Below are positions 26,013 through 36,373 of a stretch of 64,000 nucleotides of DNA, piece after piece. Each line of letters begins with the position of its first letter. Within the stretch, counting starts at the first letter, position 1. This DNA comes from Chloroflexota bacterium. Lineage in GTDB: Bacteria > Chloroflexota > Anaerolineae > UBA4142. Made by a program: the position numbers and the translations under genes. Below the pieces are notes generated by a model that worked only from the letters and a program-made list of their open reading frames with translations, ran no database searches and was not told where the DNA came from. The stretch covers positions 24,862 through 88,861 of the forward strand of contig JAMDCU010000131.1 in NCBI GenBank assembly GCA_023489485.1, read 5' to 3'.

Positions 26013-29000
26013 CAATCGCTCTCCTCATCTTCATCCTCTTCCTTGCGCTTCCTTGCCTTCTTTGCTTTCTTAACTTCTGCCCTGCACAAGTGCTCCAGCC
26101 CATGTGCGATGGCAATGGAACGGTCGGTCTCGCACTTTTTCTCAACTCGCTTGGGCCACATGTTGTAAGCCATATGCGCCCAATCATACTCGCCTGCTTC
26201 CAGCTTCTTCCAGATAGCTGCCGTGTCGTTCGCCCATTTGCGTAGACGGAAGAGCTTGTTAAGAGGTGCGGCATTGATGATGACGCCATCGTCAAGGTCC
26301 GGCCTGTATGGGAGCTCTGCGACGCGCAAGAGTTCAGCACGGAAATCGTCCAACTCACTCAGGAATTGCTTCGTGTCGTTCAGTTGATCACGCCAGTCGG
26401 TGGCGGCTCTCCCGGCGGCGCTTTCGAGTTTTTCGGCGAGTTGGTCTGCTCGCTTTTGTACACTCTCGATCTTGGGGTTCACATACTGGGTCACGATAGT
26501 GTAGAGAGTATCCTTGGTGAGACGATGATAATAGACCCACACCGTATAGCTGCCGGACGAAGTGCTGAGTGGCCAGTAAATGGGTGCCTGCCGCCTACTT
26601 TTGGAATAGCGCTTTAGGTGGTCTGCAAAGAACCCGGATGGTGATTGGAAATAGTCGCGCAATCCGCGGACGCCGAGGATTTCGCATGCTTCTGCCTCGA
26701 TGGTGTCTGCCCGATCACCCCAGAGCACGGAGAGCGCAGAGCGTATACCGCGCAGGACGTCGGACGCATGCGCCACTCGGCCATCAAGCCCAGCGTCGTC
26801 CACGAGAATGCCATCCCAGGCGATGTGTACGGGATATTCGCCTTCGATGATTTTCGGTTGTCGAGTTGACTCAGCCGGCGGAAGAGTGATGGCATTTGGG
26901 CGTGCCCGAAGCCACTCTTTGCTCACGATGTTGTCACGCGAAGCAGGTAGGCCATTTGTCCCAATGAGAGAACCGGGTTGGCATGTTGGTAGGTATTCCG
27001 AAGCCTCGACGATACTGCATCTTAGGTCGGAATCGCTTGCAAGCCTGACATCCCAATGTCCAAAGACGACACCAACTGAGTAACCAATTAGGTCTGTCGT
27101 CGATTCTCGGAACTCATCCTGACAGAATACCCCCACTTCGCGACGGGCTGACACGACAGAATTCGGGTTCAGATGGAGAAAATGACTGGCAACTTCCAGT
27201 CTTCTGTCGGCAAAAAACACTTTCTTTGTGAGCTGTCTTACCGATTCGGAAGTGTTAACCATCGCTCGGATAGTCTGGTCTAAAGGACGGCTGAATACAA
27301 AGTCGACGTCATCCCGCCGCAACGGCCTGTTCGAACCGTATTGACAGGGATGCGGACCTATTTCTCTTGCGAGAATTTCCTGATCCTGTTGAGACAACTC
27401 ATAGGCGGAACCAACCAGGTCGTCTGCTGCATGAGTTAACTCTAGCAGCTCTAGGGTTCGCGATTCCTCTGATGCGGTTGCATCACTGTAAAGCTGAAGG
27501 AGCGAGCCACCTGGTCCTTTTGAAAGCAGGAACGGCACGGTGAACAAGAACGAGGTTTCATCAAATGCCAACCCTTGGACCTTCGATTTGACAATTCGAT
27601 CTGCCAACTCGGATAGACCGGGCGCAATTTCCGACCAATGGTCAGGGCACGGTATTGACTCGATAATATTCTGCGTATATCGTCGCGCAGCGCTACCTGA
27701 GGTTACCGTGTCTCCGCCTCCGATTCCCGCTTCCACAAAGAGGCTGAAAACGCGGCTATTGGTCAGTGCCAAGCATGCAAAGAGGTCGTCCACATGCTTC
27801 GTAAATATCGTCATGCTCACGTGGCTGAAGATAGAGTTACGGGGCAGGAGCTTGGGCGCGAATCCGCTGGTGGTCCTCTGTGGATATGCGGCGCCAGTGT
27901 GAAAGAAGAAGTTTTGAATTGTACCTGGCAGCATCCAGATGTTTGAGTAGGGACGACCTGTTCTCGGGTTGATGTACTGCCAGTAGTCCTCGCCACCGTT
28001 TTCCCAGTCGACCAGCAGATGAATAGAATCTATGTACGGCGAGTATTCTCCGCCTTTCGAGATGGGAACCCATTTTAGAGACTGGCCTATCTTCGCATCT
28101 TCGACTTCCCAGAAAGCCCTCAGAAATCTAAAGTCATCCCCGGTTTGAAAGCCCTGCCGCACTACACCAACTGCATCGCCAAAAGGGGGCAGGCTCGTGT
28201 ATTTTTTCAGAAGGTCATCCGTTAGCCAATAGGGAAGCCTATACCCTGGAACATCTGTGAATCTTTGCGGATTGACCTGAAATACGTGAGGGCCATTCGC
28301 GTTCTTCCTCAACGAAGTGATCGACTCTAGAAGGGTAGCGTCCTTTTGCGCTGTGCTCAGCAGCCTAACGAACAAAGAGTATTGGACACCTGCATCAAGC
28401 TTGCACATTACTGTTGCCGCGACTTCTATGAGTGCCTCGTCCAGGACACCCAAGCCTAGATCGGCAGAGACCCCAATATGCGACGAGTGAAGCAACACAT
28501 CACGACGCCACTCGATGAGATCGCCTATGAAGAAAATATTCCTCGGGTGAAGTACACCAACTCTCCCTGATCCCGAGAGCCACCCTATGGCGCGTTCGAT
28601 AAAAGCCGTACCGAGCTCGGTTTTCATTGCAGGATATTGATGAAGCATCCACTTGACACTATTCTCGGAAGGTAGACCAAATGGCGGATTCATGAGAAGC
28701 ACATCGTACCTTTTCTGGCACAAGTCAATGAATGCGAATCCGTGCTTTGCATCATCAGCGAACAATTGCCGGCGCATTGAACGGCCATTCGTAGCGTGTT
28801 CGGCATAAGCTCGCAATGCATCCGAAACACGTGTTTCAGCCGTTTCCCAAAAGCTTTCATCGCTGATGCCGGAGAGGTCGAATAATTCCAACTGCTCTGG
28901 CTTGGGCGGCTTGGCAAATCCCTCGAAAAGGGCCAACTGCTCTGCACGCGCACTGTGAAGCCATTGCCGTTTGGCATCAGAGATTGCCCCCTTTAGCTCT

Positions 29001-30706
29001 TCCTCAATCTTCAAAAGGGAGCCAGCTTCACCTGCCAACTTCATTTTCTCAAAGACAATGCGGACGAGGTCAGCGAGTACGCGGGGTTTGAGTTCGGCTA
29101 TGAATTCATCCAGCAGGAGACGGTCCCCGGGCATTGGCTCGGCACAGACCACATTGACCTCTTGGATTTGCGGGCGCCCAGCTGGCTTCAGCCCCATCTG
29201 CTGGAAGCTCCGCTGTGCGCGCAGCCAAAGTGCCAGCGCCGCAATCTGGCCAGCGCGCGGGTCAATATCAATGATGTGCAGGTTGTTTGCCAAGATCAAT
29301 ACTGGCACCCGACGCAGAAAATCCTCGCGTCTCGGATAGTCTTCGTGCAATGCAGGACCTAGATCGGGATCATCGTATGCTTCAGCGTAGATCGTCTCAA
29401 ACAAGTCAAAGCAGTACAGGCCGAAATGGCCACTGCCGCCAGCGGGATCGAGCATTAGGATCTTGCGCGGGTCCTTCTTCTCTCGAAAAGGTACTACGTC
29501 CACTTCCCAGTCCCATCGCGCGCAGACGGTTTTGTATAATTCGAAGATAGCAGCCAGATCCTCGCCTTCCGGATCGTAACCGAAGTGGCGCCAGCGGCGC
29601 TGCTCATAGAAAAGGCAGCATCGCAACTCTTCAAACGTGCCCTCCCATTTGTGGGTTTGCTGGTATTTCTCCAGCCTTGGGTTAGCCAGCTCAGCACACT
29701 CGATTCCCAGATGTTCTTTAGCATAGTGATACCCACCTACTGAGAGAGCGTAGTGCCAAATATCGCCCAGACCGTGCAATTCAGGGTTAGGCCGCACCCA
29801 CATCTCGCCCGTGCCATCAGGGTCGCCCCACTCGTTCGTTGGCGCAAATGGCTCGGGGGACCTTTCTCCGTCGTTCAAGAAAATGGGAAGTTTACGCCGG
29901 ACGAGGTAGCGGCAATCCTCAGTCAGCCGCGTATCACCATGCCGCATTTCGTACCAAATGCGCCCCAATGTGTTGTCGGTGAGAAATTCGACGACATAGC
30001 GGGGGGTGAAGAATTGATTGCGGACCGCAAGCTCACGGGAATTGCGAGGCGCTTGGGATTCGTCACGCATTTTCCGCCGCTCTTCCGCATCGTTGTAGTA
30101 CTGGTAGATCCATCCAATCGTTTCGTCTTCACGCCAGAGATGTGCGAGCACAGGGTCATTTAGCAGCTTGAGCACATCTTCTAGTGCTCGCTCGCTCGGG
30201 AACACATGTGAGAGAGGCGAGTGGCGATCAAAGAGTGAGCCGAGATCGAGCGCCAGTTCATCAAACAGGTTTTCCAGGAAAATCCGATATGTCGTATACC
30301 GCGTGCCGAGCGCTCCGCTGGCCAGCGAATCAAACACTCGAAAACCTTCCGATGCCATGCCGTTGCGGACGCATTCTTGAACGAGGCCGCGCTCTTCACA
30401 CAGCCGCAGTGCCGCCAAGCGATTGAGTATCGTAAACCCAATCTCTCGGACGAGCCGGTCAAATGCTGCATCGCCAAAAGGGGGCAGGCTGCCTGTCTGC
30501 GATTCAGCGAAATGTTCCAGTAGCTCTCTGAGGTCCTCTGCTTGAACGCGCTGGTCTTCCGTCAAGCCCGTAAGTGGCAACGCCGTCCCATCCGGTTGCA
30601 TGCGGAAATCGGACTGCAGTTGCTCCGTAATGTTGCTCCTGAGTCGTTCCCGAGCAGCACTGACCATCTTCTCCAATGCTGCGCGGGTCGGTTTGTCAAA
30701 ACTCAT
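26012..30706 (-). CDS. pglX: BREX N6-adenine DNA methyltransferase PglX (unusually long)
   Basis: 'FFTPRYVVEFL', motif I 'MLDPAGGSGHFG' and motif IV 'LLMNPPFG'. The N-terminal helical region is typical of PglX. ATG at 30706, or an upstream TTG at 30754. Confidence 0.9.
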   Translation of the reverse strand: MSFDKPTRAALEKMVSAARERLRSNITEQLQSDFRMQPDGTALPLTGLTEDQRVQAEDLRELLEHFAESQTGSLPPFGDAAFDRLVREIGFTILNRLAALRLCEERGLVQECVRNGMASEGFRVFDSLASGALGTRYTTYRIFLENLFDELALDLGSLFDRHSPLSHVFPSERALEDVLKLLNDPVLAHLWREDETIGWIYQYYNDAEERRKMRDESQAPRNSRELAVRNQFFTPRYVVEFLTDNTLGRIWYEMRHGDTRLTEDCRYLVRRKLPIFLNDGERSPEPFAPTNEWGDPDGTGEMWVRPNPELHGLGDIWHYALSVGGYHYAKEHLGIECAELANPRLEKYQQTHKWEGTFEELRCCLFYEQRRWRHFGYDPEGEDLAAIFELYKTVCARWDWEVDVVPFREKKDPRKILMLDPAGGSGHFGLYCFDLFETIYAEAYDDPDLGPALHEDYPRREDFLRRVPVLILANNLHIIDIDPRAGQIAALALWLRAQRSFQQMGLKPAGRPQIQEVNVVCAEPMPGDRLLLDEFIAELKPRVLADLVRIVFEKMKLAGEAGSLLKIEEELKGAISDAKRQWLHSARAEQLALFEGFAKPPKPEQLELFDLSGISDESFWETAETRVSDALRAYAEHATNGRSMRRQLFADDAKHGFAFIDLCQKRYDVLLMNPPFGLPSENSVKWMLHQYPAMKTELGTAFIERAIGWLSGSGRVGVLHPRNIFFIGDLIEWRRDVLLHSSHIGVSADLGLGVLDEALIEVAATVMCKLDAGVQYSLFVRLLSTAQKDATLLESITSLRKNANGPHVFQVNPQRFTDVPGYRLPYWLTDDLLKKYTSLPPFGDAVGVVRQGFQTGDDFRFLRAFWEVEDAKIGQSLKWVPISKGGEYSPYIDSIHLLVDWENGGEDYWQYINPRTGRPYSNIWMLPGTIQNFFFHTGAAYPQRTTSGFAPKLLPRNSIFSHVSMTIFTKHVDDLFACLALTNSRVFSLFVEAGIGGGDTVTSGSAARRYTQNIIESIPCPDHWSEIAPGLSELADRIVKSKVQGLAFDETSFLFTVPFLLSKGPGGSLLQLYSDATASEESRTLELLELTHAADDLVGSAYELSQQDQEILAREIGPHPCQYGSNRPLRRDDVDFVFSRPLDQTIRAMVNTSESVRQLTKKVFFADRRLEVASHFLHLNPNSVVSARREVGVFCQDEFRESTTDLIGYSVGVVFGHWDVRLASDSDLRCSIVEASEYLPTCQPGSLIGTNGLPASRDNIVSKEWLRARPNAITLPPAESTRQPKIIEGEYPVHIAWDGILVDDAGLDGRVAHASDVLRGIRSALSVLWGDRADTIEAEACEILGVRGLRDYFQSPSGFFADHLKRYSKSRRQAPIYWPLSTSSGSYTVWVYYHRLTKDTLYTIVTQYVNPKIESVQKRADQLAEKLESAAGRAATDWRDQLNDTKQFLSELDDFRAELLRVAELPYRPDLDDGVIINAAPLNKLFRLRKWANDTAAIWKKLEAGEYDWAHMAYNMWPKRVEKKCETDRSIAIAHGLEHLCRAEVKKAKKARKRKEEDEDEESD

Positions 30707-30801
30707 AGGTCGTTGGCACCTGAGTGATTGTCGAGTATGGAGGCCATAAGCCAACTTTCTGGGAGTGCAGGCATCTGTCCTCGAACCCTTTGGGGCTCCT
30801 T

Positions 30802-33800
30802 CTATTTGCCGACCTCATCGCGCACACCCTCGATCTGAATGTGTTTATGGGCACGTAGCAATGCTCGCAGGCGGTTACGCAACGAGCTGAGCCAATCCTC
30901 CAATTCCTTCTCCGACGTGATAACCGCGCTTGGACGCAGAGACGCCAACGGAAGTGTTTCCACTTTGGGCGCCACCTCGATGTCAGGGGGAGGAGAAACC
31001 GGCACTCGGCGGACAATCTCATCGTCCAGCTGGCTCTGTAACGCTGAGAGGCTGCTTCGACGATTCAGCAGTACGATCAGGTCGCGCACTGGGTCATCTT
31101 CGCCGGGCTGAAGCGGAAGCGTGACCTGGAGTCGGTTCATAATCGCGCTGCGATCGTCGTCCATAAGGAGGATCCAGCTCGGATGCGACTCGAGAGCAAT
31201 CGCTATTTCGTGCAGAGCGGTTTCAACTTCTCGGCGAATTTCGGCATAGCGAGCACCGGTACGCTCGCGTGCCGCTCGCAGGATCGCACGGACGCTTCCC
31301 AATTGTTCGTAGAATCGCTCGGACCGCAGCGCTTCGGTCAGTGTCTCCATGTCAGCTGCAGGTAATAGGTTCCTGCTCTCGCCCTGGAAGAGGGTCTCGA
31401 TCTCCGACAGCCGATTGCGAAGCTGGTTGGCCGCGCGGATGTCCTCTTCGGCGTTTCCATCAAAGGCCTTCGCCACCTCACGGGCCCAGCGAATATCTTC
31501 CGGCAGAGCCGTTTCCTTTGCGCCAAATACAGCGGCAGCATTCGTCGCATCGCCACTCAGCGCGCCGGTTAGAGACGCCAACAGTATCCGTGCTCGCTCC
31601 TCGCCCGCCAAACCCAGCAATCGAAGCAAATTGGGCAACGAAGCGACTTGTTCCTGTAGCGCCGGCAGATACTTGCGGACGGCGCGGCTGATGGCATCTT
31701 CCAATGGCATCACGGTTTCGCCAAAAAGGTCTTCCAGCCGTCGTGTGGCGCGGTCGAGCGCTTCGGGGTCTGGCGGCGCGTCCCGAAGAGAGACACCAAC
31801 GCGATTGAAAGCAAGTGTGTTCTTGCACGCTTCGGCGGCTTTCGGACCTGCGACCTTGAGCGGTCCCTCCGCCGTGTGGAACTCGACAGTCCCAGAAACA
31901 AGCAGGGCGGCAAACAGATAGCGAACCGTGTCTTTGGACCACCCATAAGGCGGATTGGAAAACATATCTTGGATCGCGCTGCCTTGCAGACGTCCCCCGC
32001 CCGTTTCGTCCAGTTTGGTCCTAAAGGCGCGCACAGTCTCGGCCAGTGCAGCATTATTGACATCGACGCGGGTAGCACCGCCGACCCGTGCTACCAGTCT
32101 GAGCGGATCAAGCTCTGGTGTCATGCGGTCCAAGCGGTCCACGCTCAGAAACTTCGCTGCCTGATCGCTGCTCGCTCGAATGGGCGCGAGCCGGTAGTAC
32201 TCAAAAACATCGCCGGCGACTTTGGCCAGTATGCCACGCGCCGCTGCGTCTGTTGTTTCTACACCCTCGCCAGCAGGCGTCGGGCGACCGCGGAAGATGA
32301 GGGTACCCTCCAGCAGGGCTTGCTTGAGTAGTCTCTCTACTTCCTCGCGTCCGCGCTCTGCCCGTTTGAGCTCCGCACGCTTGAATTGCGCTTCGTCGCG
32401 ATCTGCGGTCCGGTCGTCAATCATCCCGGCGATCTGTTCAGACCGGAAAATCTCGGGGAGCAAGTCCTCCACCGTATTGCTCTTACGAGCCAACCATGCA
32501 ATGGCGTTGCGCCAATCTGATTGTGCTGCCGTCCCAGTCAACAGCTCCGTTCGGCGAGCCTCCCAGCCGTTGTCGTCTACCCATTCCAAACGGAAGGTGA
32601 TATCCTCCCCATCTCCGACGATTAGGGTCTTGCCTGTGCGGACACCGGCCTTAACCTCTTTGGTATTCTCTAGGCGGGCACTCGGTTGAGGATCAAAGAT
32701 CTTCTTTCCAAGAATCTCGTTCCGGATACGATTCACATCACCGGAAGTGGGCATCATCTCATTACGCTTCTTTTGAAGAGGGCGCACTTTTTCAGAGAGA
32801 AAGACATACCCGCCGGCTTTGGGGTCCTCGATTAGTCCGAGCTCTTTTTCGGCTAACATCTTTCTGAGTGTTTCGCCGACCTGATCGCGCATGCTCGGGC
32901 TGTCAATCGCCGGGTAAAGGAGTGCGGCAATATTCTCGGCCGTACAAGGGAACCCCTCGATATTCTGAAGGACGGCAACAGTCTTGGCAATACGGGCAGC
33001 AAGCCTGTTCCGGGGGAATGCGACCGCAGTCCGGTCCACGGCGCTCACGACATGCGGGAGCACTTTGAGAATGTCGGCGCGCAGAGAATCGTAGAAATCG
33101 TCTGCGCAGGCGAGAGAGCCTACCTCGCGATCGGCTAGCCTTATGGCGTCTCTCGGTAATAGCCGATTCACATCCACCAAGACGTCTTGAATAACTTTGA
33201 TCGCTGAGCGCAAACCAATACCGCCCGTGGACCGCGCCAACATTCGGATCAGTTCCAGCAGCAGGTCAAAGTGCTGGGGCAGGAATGGGTAGAACTGTGC
33301 GAAGGTATCCGCGTCTGGATCGGTCTTGTAGAGCGTGGTGCCGGTCAGGCGAGTATGTGCGACGAGCGCCTGACCGGACGTGCGGAACAAGGCCTTGAGC
33401 TGAGCTTCTCCCTCCGGTGTCTTGGTGAGCAGACGCCGGTAAGTGATTTCCTTTATATCGCGAGCGTCCAGTTCAATTGGGATCGGGAAGCGAGCGACAA
33501 GCTTGTTCAACTCAGGCGAGTTGTAAGTTGCCCCTCGAACGATTTCGGCAAGCGTCTGTTGACCGGTGGCGGCGACAAAGACCTTACCCTGCCCGACCTC
33601 CTTGAAATCACGCACTAATCCGTCGAGATTGAGGATCAGTTCTTGTCGCGGGGCAACGTACTGCCCGGCCTCGTCGATCAGGAACAAGATATTTTGTTTG
33701 CCAGTCTTGTTCCTGATCAGGTCGATCATTTCTTTCGCGCGATCGCGCAAGTTGTCTGCCACCTCGAGCTTGGCCTTGCTGAATATCTCGGGCGAGGAAA

Positions 33801-34464
33801 ACTCATGAGGCAGAACGCTGGTAATAACCTGCGCCGCGCGCGCGTTTGCAAGGGTCGGGTCGTTGTGTATACTGAGCCAATCCTCTTTCCAGCGTGCTTT
33901 GTACTTTTCCTGGAATTCACCATACTTGCCGAGGCGCTCCAAAGTAAATTCCAGCTGAGCGAGCTTGGTCACCTTGGAATAATGAGCCCATTGCAGAACT
34001 TTCCAGTATAAGACAGATGAGATGGTGGCCGAAGCATTCTCTGCCAGTTGTTCCGCTCCGAGGTCCAGAAAGATGACAGTGGTGGGAGTCCGACTGGCCA
34101 CAGTGCGGAGTAGCGCCCTTACATCCGTGGAGTGCAGCCGTTCGGACAAAAGGTCAATGAACGGACGCCCTCCGATGCTTGTGCTGCCATCCAGCGCCAG
34201 GCCGAGGTACTTTGTGAAAGAACTCTTGCCCGATCCATAAAAGCCGGAGACCCAGACGCCGACCTCTGTAACCTGTCCCCCCTGCACGGCGCGTTGATAG
34301 GTCTCCAGGAATCTGCGAAAGTTCGCCTCGACGCTATCGGTTGCTTCGTACTCCTCAATTTCCGCTTGCAGGCGGTCTACATCCCGCGCGGCATAATCGA
34401 TCACCTTTTCAATGCGCCGATCAATCTGCCGCCGAGTTGAGAAAAGCGAGCGTATCTGGGTCAT
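30802..34464 (-). CDS. brxC: BREX P-loop ATPase BrxC/PglY
   Basis: Walker A 'VSGFYGSGKSSFTKYLG' and Walker B-like 'ILFLIDEAGQY'. 1220 aa. Located between brxB and pglX. Confidence 0.93.
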   Translation of the reverse strand: MTQIRSLFSTRRQIDRRIEKVIDYAARDVDRLQAEIEEYEATDSVEANFRRFLETYQRAVQGGQVTEVGVWVSGFYGSGKSSFTKYLGLALDGSTSIGGRPFIDLLSERLHSTDVRALLRTVASRTPTTVIFLDLGAEQLAENASATISSVLYWKVLQWAHYSKVTKLAQLEFTLERLGKYGEFQEKYKARWKEDWLSIHNDPTLANARAAQVITSVLPHEFSSPEIFSKAKLEVADNLRDRAKEMIDLIRNKTGKQNILFLIDEAGQYVAPRQELILNLDGLVRDFKEVGQGKVFVAATGQQTLAEIVRGATYNSPELNKLVARFPIPIELDARDIKEITYRRLLTKTPEGEAQLKALFRTSGQALVAHTRLTGTTLYKTDPDADTFAQFYPFLPQHFDLLLELIRMLARSTGGIGLRSAIKVIQDVLVDVNRLLPRDAIRLADREVGSLACADDFYDSLRADILKVLPHVVSAVDRTAVAFPRNRLAARIAKTVAVLQNIEGFPCTAENIAALLYPAIDSPSMRDQVGETLRKMLAEKELGLIEDPKAGGYVFLSEKVRPLQKKRNEMMPTSGDVNRIRNEILGKKIFDPQPSARLENTKEVKAGVRTGKTLIVGDGEDITFRLEWVDDNGWEARRTELLTGTAAQSDWRNAIAWLARKSNTVEDLLPEIFRSEQIAGMIDDRTADRDEAQFKRAELKRAERGREEVERLLKQALLEGTLIFRGRPTPAGEGVETTDAAARGILAKVAGDVFEYYRLAPIRASSDQAAKFLSVDRLDRMTPELDPLRLVARVGGATRVDVNNAALAETVRAFRTKLDETGGGRLQGSAIQDMFSNPPYGWSKDTVRYLFAALLVSGTVEFHTAEGPLKVAGPKAAEACKNTLAFNRVGVSLRDAPPDPEALDRATRRLEDLFGETVMPLEDAISRAVRKYLPALQEQVASLPNLLRLLGLAGEERARILLASLTGALSGDATNAAAVFGAKETALPEDIRWAREVAKAFDGNAEEDIRAANQLRNRLSEIETLFQGESRNLLPAADMETLTEALRSERFYEQLGSVRAILRAARERTGARYAEIRREVETALHEIAIALESHPSWILLMDDDRSAIMNRLQVTLPLQPGEDDPVRDLIVLLNRRSSLSALQSQLDDEIVRRVPVSPPPDIEVAPKVETLPLASLRPSAVITSEKELEDWLSSLRNRLRALLRAHKHIQIEGVRDEVGK

Positions 34465-35045
34465 TCCAATCCTCCGACTAGCGTGGAGCGATAATTCCCA
34501 TCTTCAGGATAAAAGCCGAGGAAGTGAAGGCCATATTGGCCGACGCGCCGCCCTGGATAAAAGATCACCGTGGGATGCGGGACGCGACCCGTCAACGCGC
34601 TCTCAATGGCGCGCGTGCGAAAGTACGGATGCAGCAGTTCGGCCTCTGTGAGCAGGATCACGGTCTTGTCATTCCCCACCGAGATACGCTGCGCGACCTC
34701 AGACACGAGCGCGTTGTCTTGGGTCAGCACGTCGCGAATTGACTGATTCATTTCGTATGGGTCGGCTTCCGGTTCAAGTTCTAGCCAGGCATCCCAGCGC
34801 GCCGATTGGTCGATCAGCTCGCGCACAACATCACCGAGCGAGACTCGAACCGGATCAAACCCATCGTTACGCAGAGCGCCAATCCACCCTGCCAAGCGCC
34901 GCTTTACTGTGAGCATATGCTCGGGCCGGTAGACGAAGTAGAAAATGGGATCGCTCTGGGCCGGGTTCAGAGCAGCAGGCTGATGTAATAGCCCCATTAG
35001 CTCTTGGAAAGTTCGGTCCAAGACCGAGTCATCCAGAGATGGCAT
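34461..35045 (-). CDS. brxB: BREX protein BrxB (DUF1788)
   Basis: 'DPIFYFVYRPEHM' and 'LLHPYFRTRAIESAL...PTVIFYPG...GNYRS' match the DUF1788/BrxB pattern. ATGA overlap with brxC. Confidence 0.85.
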   Translation of the reverse strand: MPSLDDSVLDRTFQELMGLLHQPAALNPAQSDPIFYFVYRPEHMLTVKRRLAGWIGALRNDGFDPVRVSLGDVVRELIDQSARWDAWLELEPEADPYEMNQSIRDVLTQDNALVSEVAQRISVGNDKTVILLTEAELLHPYFRTRAIESALTGRVPHPTVIFYPGRRVGQYGLHFLGFYPEDGNYRSTLVGGLE

Positions 35046-35835
35046 CTATATAGGCCTCCATGGAAGTGTAAGACCATGTGATCCGCACAACTGAACCGGC
35101 TCGCTGGACGACGAGGCCGGCTATCGGTCCAAGCGCCTCCAATCGCTCTAAAGTGTGCATTCGGTCAAGCCCGAACAACCCCCAGTCTGGGTGCTCGACT
35201 GCCTCAGCATCCGTTATTCCTTGAAAGTGCAACTCGTGCACAAGATATCCGATGCCAGCATCTGACATCCGATAGTTCACGAGCTCGCGCCGGCTGCCGC
35301 CATTCAAGCGGACCAGTCCAAAATCCTCCAGAGCGCCCAATAGACCCCGCGCTATTCGGATCTGAACGTGGTCTGACCAGGGCTGGTCAATGAGCTTTTT
35401 TTCTGCCGCCTCACCCAGAAAACTCAGGGCGTCTTCCAACGTGATGTACAGATCACCTCGGCGCACTAGGGCCCAGAACCTTTGAATCGTAAAATCATAG
35501 AGTAGGTCATCGGCCCGCGCAGAGTACACCAACATCATTTCTCTAAACAACGCACCGTCGTTATGGCCTTCCAGATAGCGTTTGAGCCAGCGGGCACGGC
35601 GATCATTGCCAGCAAGTAGCCGGGGCCTGAACACCCGCAAAACAAGGTCTGATATTCTTTGCGCGGTATGTTTGCCAAGGAGGTCTTCGGCCTGAACACG
35701 CGCCAAGAACGCTTTGTCGCTTTCTCCTGGCATCCAGTGCGTCAACAGACTCCGCATCTCCGGAAGCACAGCCGCCCCTCTCGCAAGAGCGACCGTGTAG
35801 CGCTTTGCGTGCTCTGCCGGCCTAGCGATTGACAT
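35029..35835 (-). CDS. brxA: BREX protein BrxA (DUF1819)
   Basis: Sits upstream of brxB with a 17-nt overlap. 'YTVALARGAAVLPEMRSLL' is like the start of the BrxA fold. The ATG at 35835 avoids most of the overlap with the upstream ORF; the track ORF runs to 35880. Confidence 0.78.
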   Translation of the reverse strand: MSIARPAEHAKRYTVALARGAAVLPEMRSLLTHWMPGESDKAFLARVQAEDLLGKHTAQRISDLVLRVFRPRLLAGNDRRARWLKRYLEGHNDGALFREMMLVYSARADDLLYDFTIQRFWALVRRGDLYITLEDALSFLGEAAEKKLIDQPWSDHVQIRIARGLLGALEDFGLVRLNGGSRRELVNYRMSDAGIGYLVHELHFQGITDAEAVEHPDWGLFGLDRMHTLERLEALGPIAGLVVQRAGSVVRITWSYTSMEAYIDAISG

Positions 35836-36373
35836 TCTTCTGCCGTTGTCCCTCAAAGTACGGAAACGTTCTGCTATCATTCAGAAATGCTGCAGAATAC
35901 AGCGATGCCATTCTGACAATTGACCCTTTCTTCGTCATGTCTTGCACTGTCCCCACTTTCACGGGGCCGGGCTGGGCTTTCGCCACTTCGCGGCCTGCAA
36001 GGGATTGGATGGAGTCGATTAGCTTGGAGTTGTCGCCAAGCACCGGCTGAATCTCTGCCATCAATTGGAGGCAATCGTCCGGTGCGATTTCCCGCAGCGC
36101 ACGATCGATCTCTCGCGGGAGCCGAAAGAGGTGAAAGACATTTCCGACTCCGATGGAAGAATCATGAATGGTGCATGCTGCGATAGAAGAGGAGCGAACC
36201 GCGTTCCAAAAGTAGGCCCGGGGATACAGGCGCTGCAGGAAATTGATTCCGGTGGGGGAGAGAAAGCTGCACTTCCACCAATTGTGATGTTTTGACTCGC
36301 CCAAGGCCAATACGAAAATCTGTAGCCTCAAAATCGCCTTGAGGTCAACATAGTCTTCTTGGGGCATCTTCAT
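35822..36373 (-). CDS. Uncharacterised BREX-leading protein (first gene of the brx operon)
   Basis: 183-aa ORF on the same strand, overlapping the brxA start by ~14 nt, with a 294-nt upstream intergenic gap. No motif recognised. Confidence 0.5.
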   Translation of the reverse strand: MKMPQEDYVDLKAILRLQIFVLALGESKHHNWWKCSFLSPTGINFLQRLYPRAYFWNAVRSSSIAACTIHDSSIGVGNVFHLFRLPREIDRALREIAPDDCLQLMAEIQPVLGDNSKLIDSIQSLAGREVAKAQPGPVKVGTVQDMTKKGSIVRMASLYSAAFLNDSRTFPYFEGQRQKNVNR

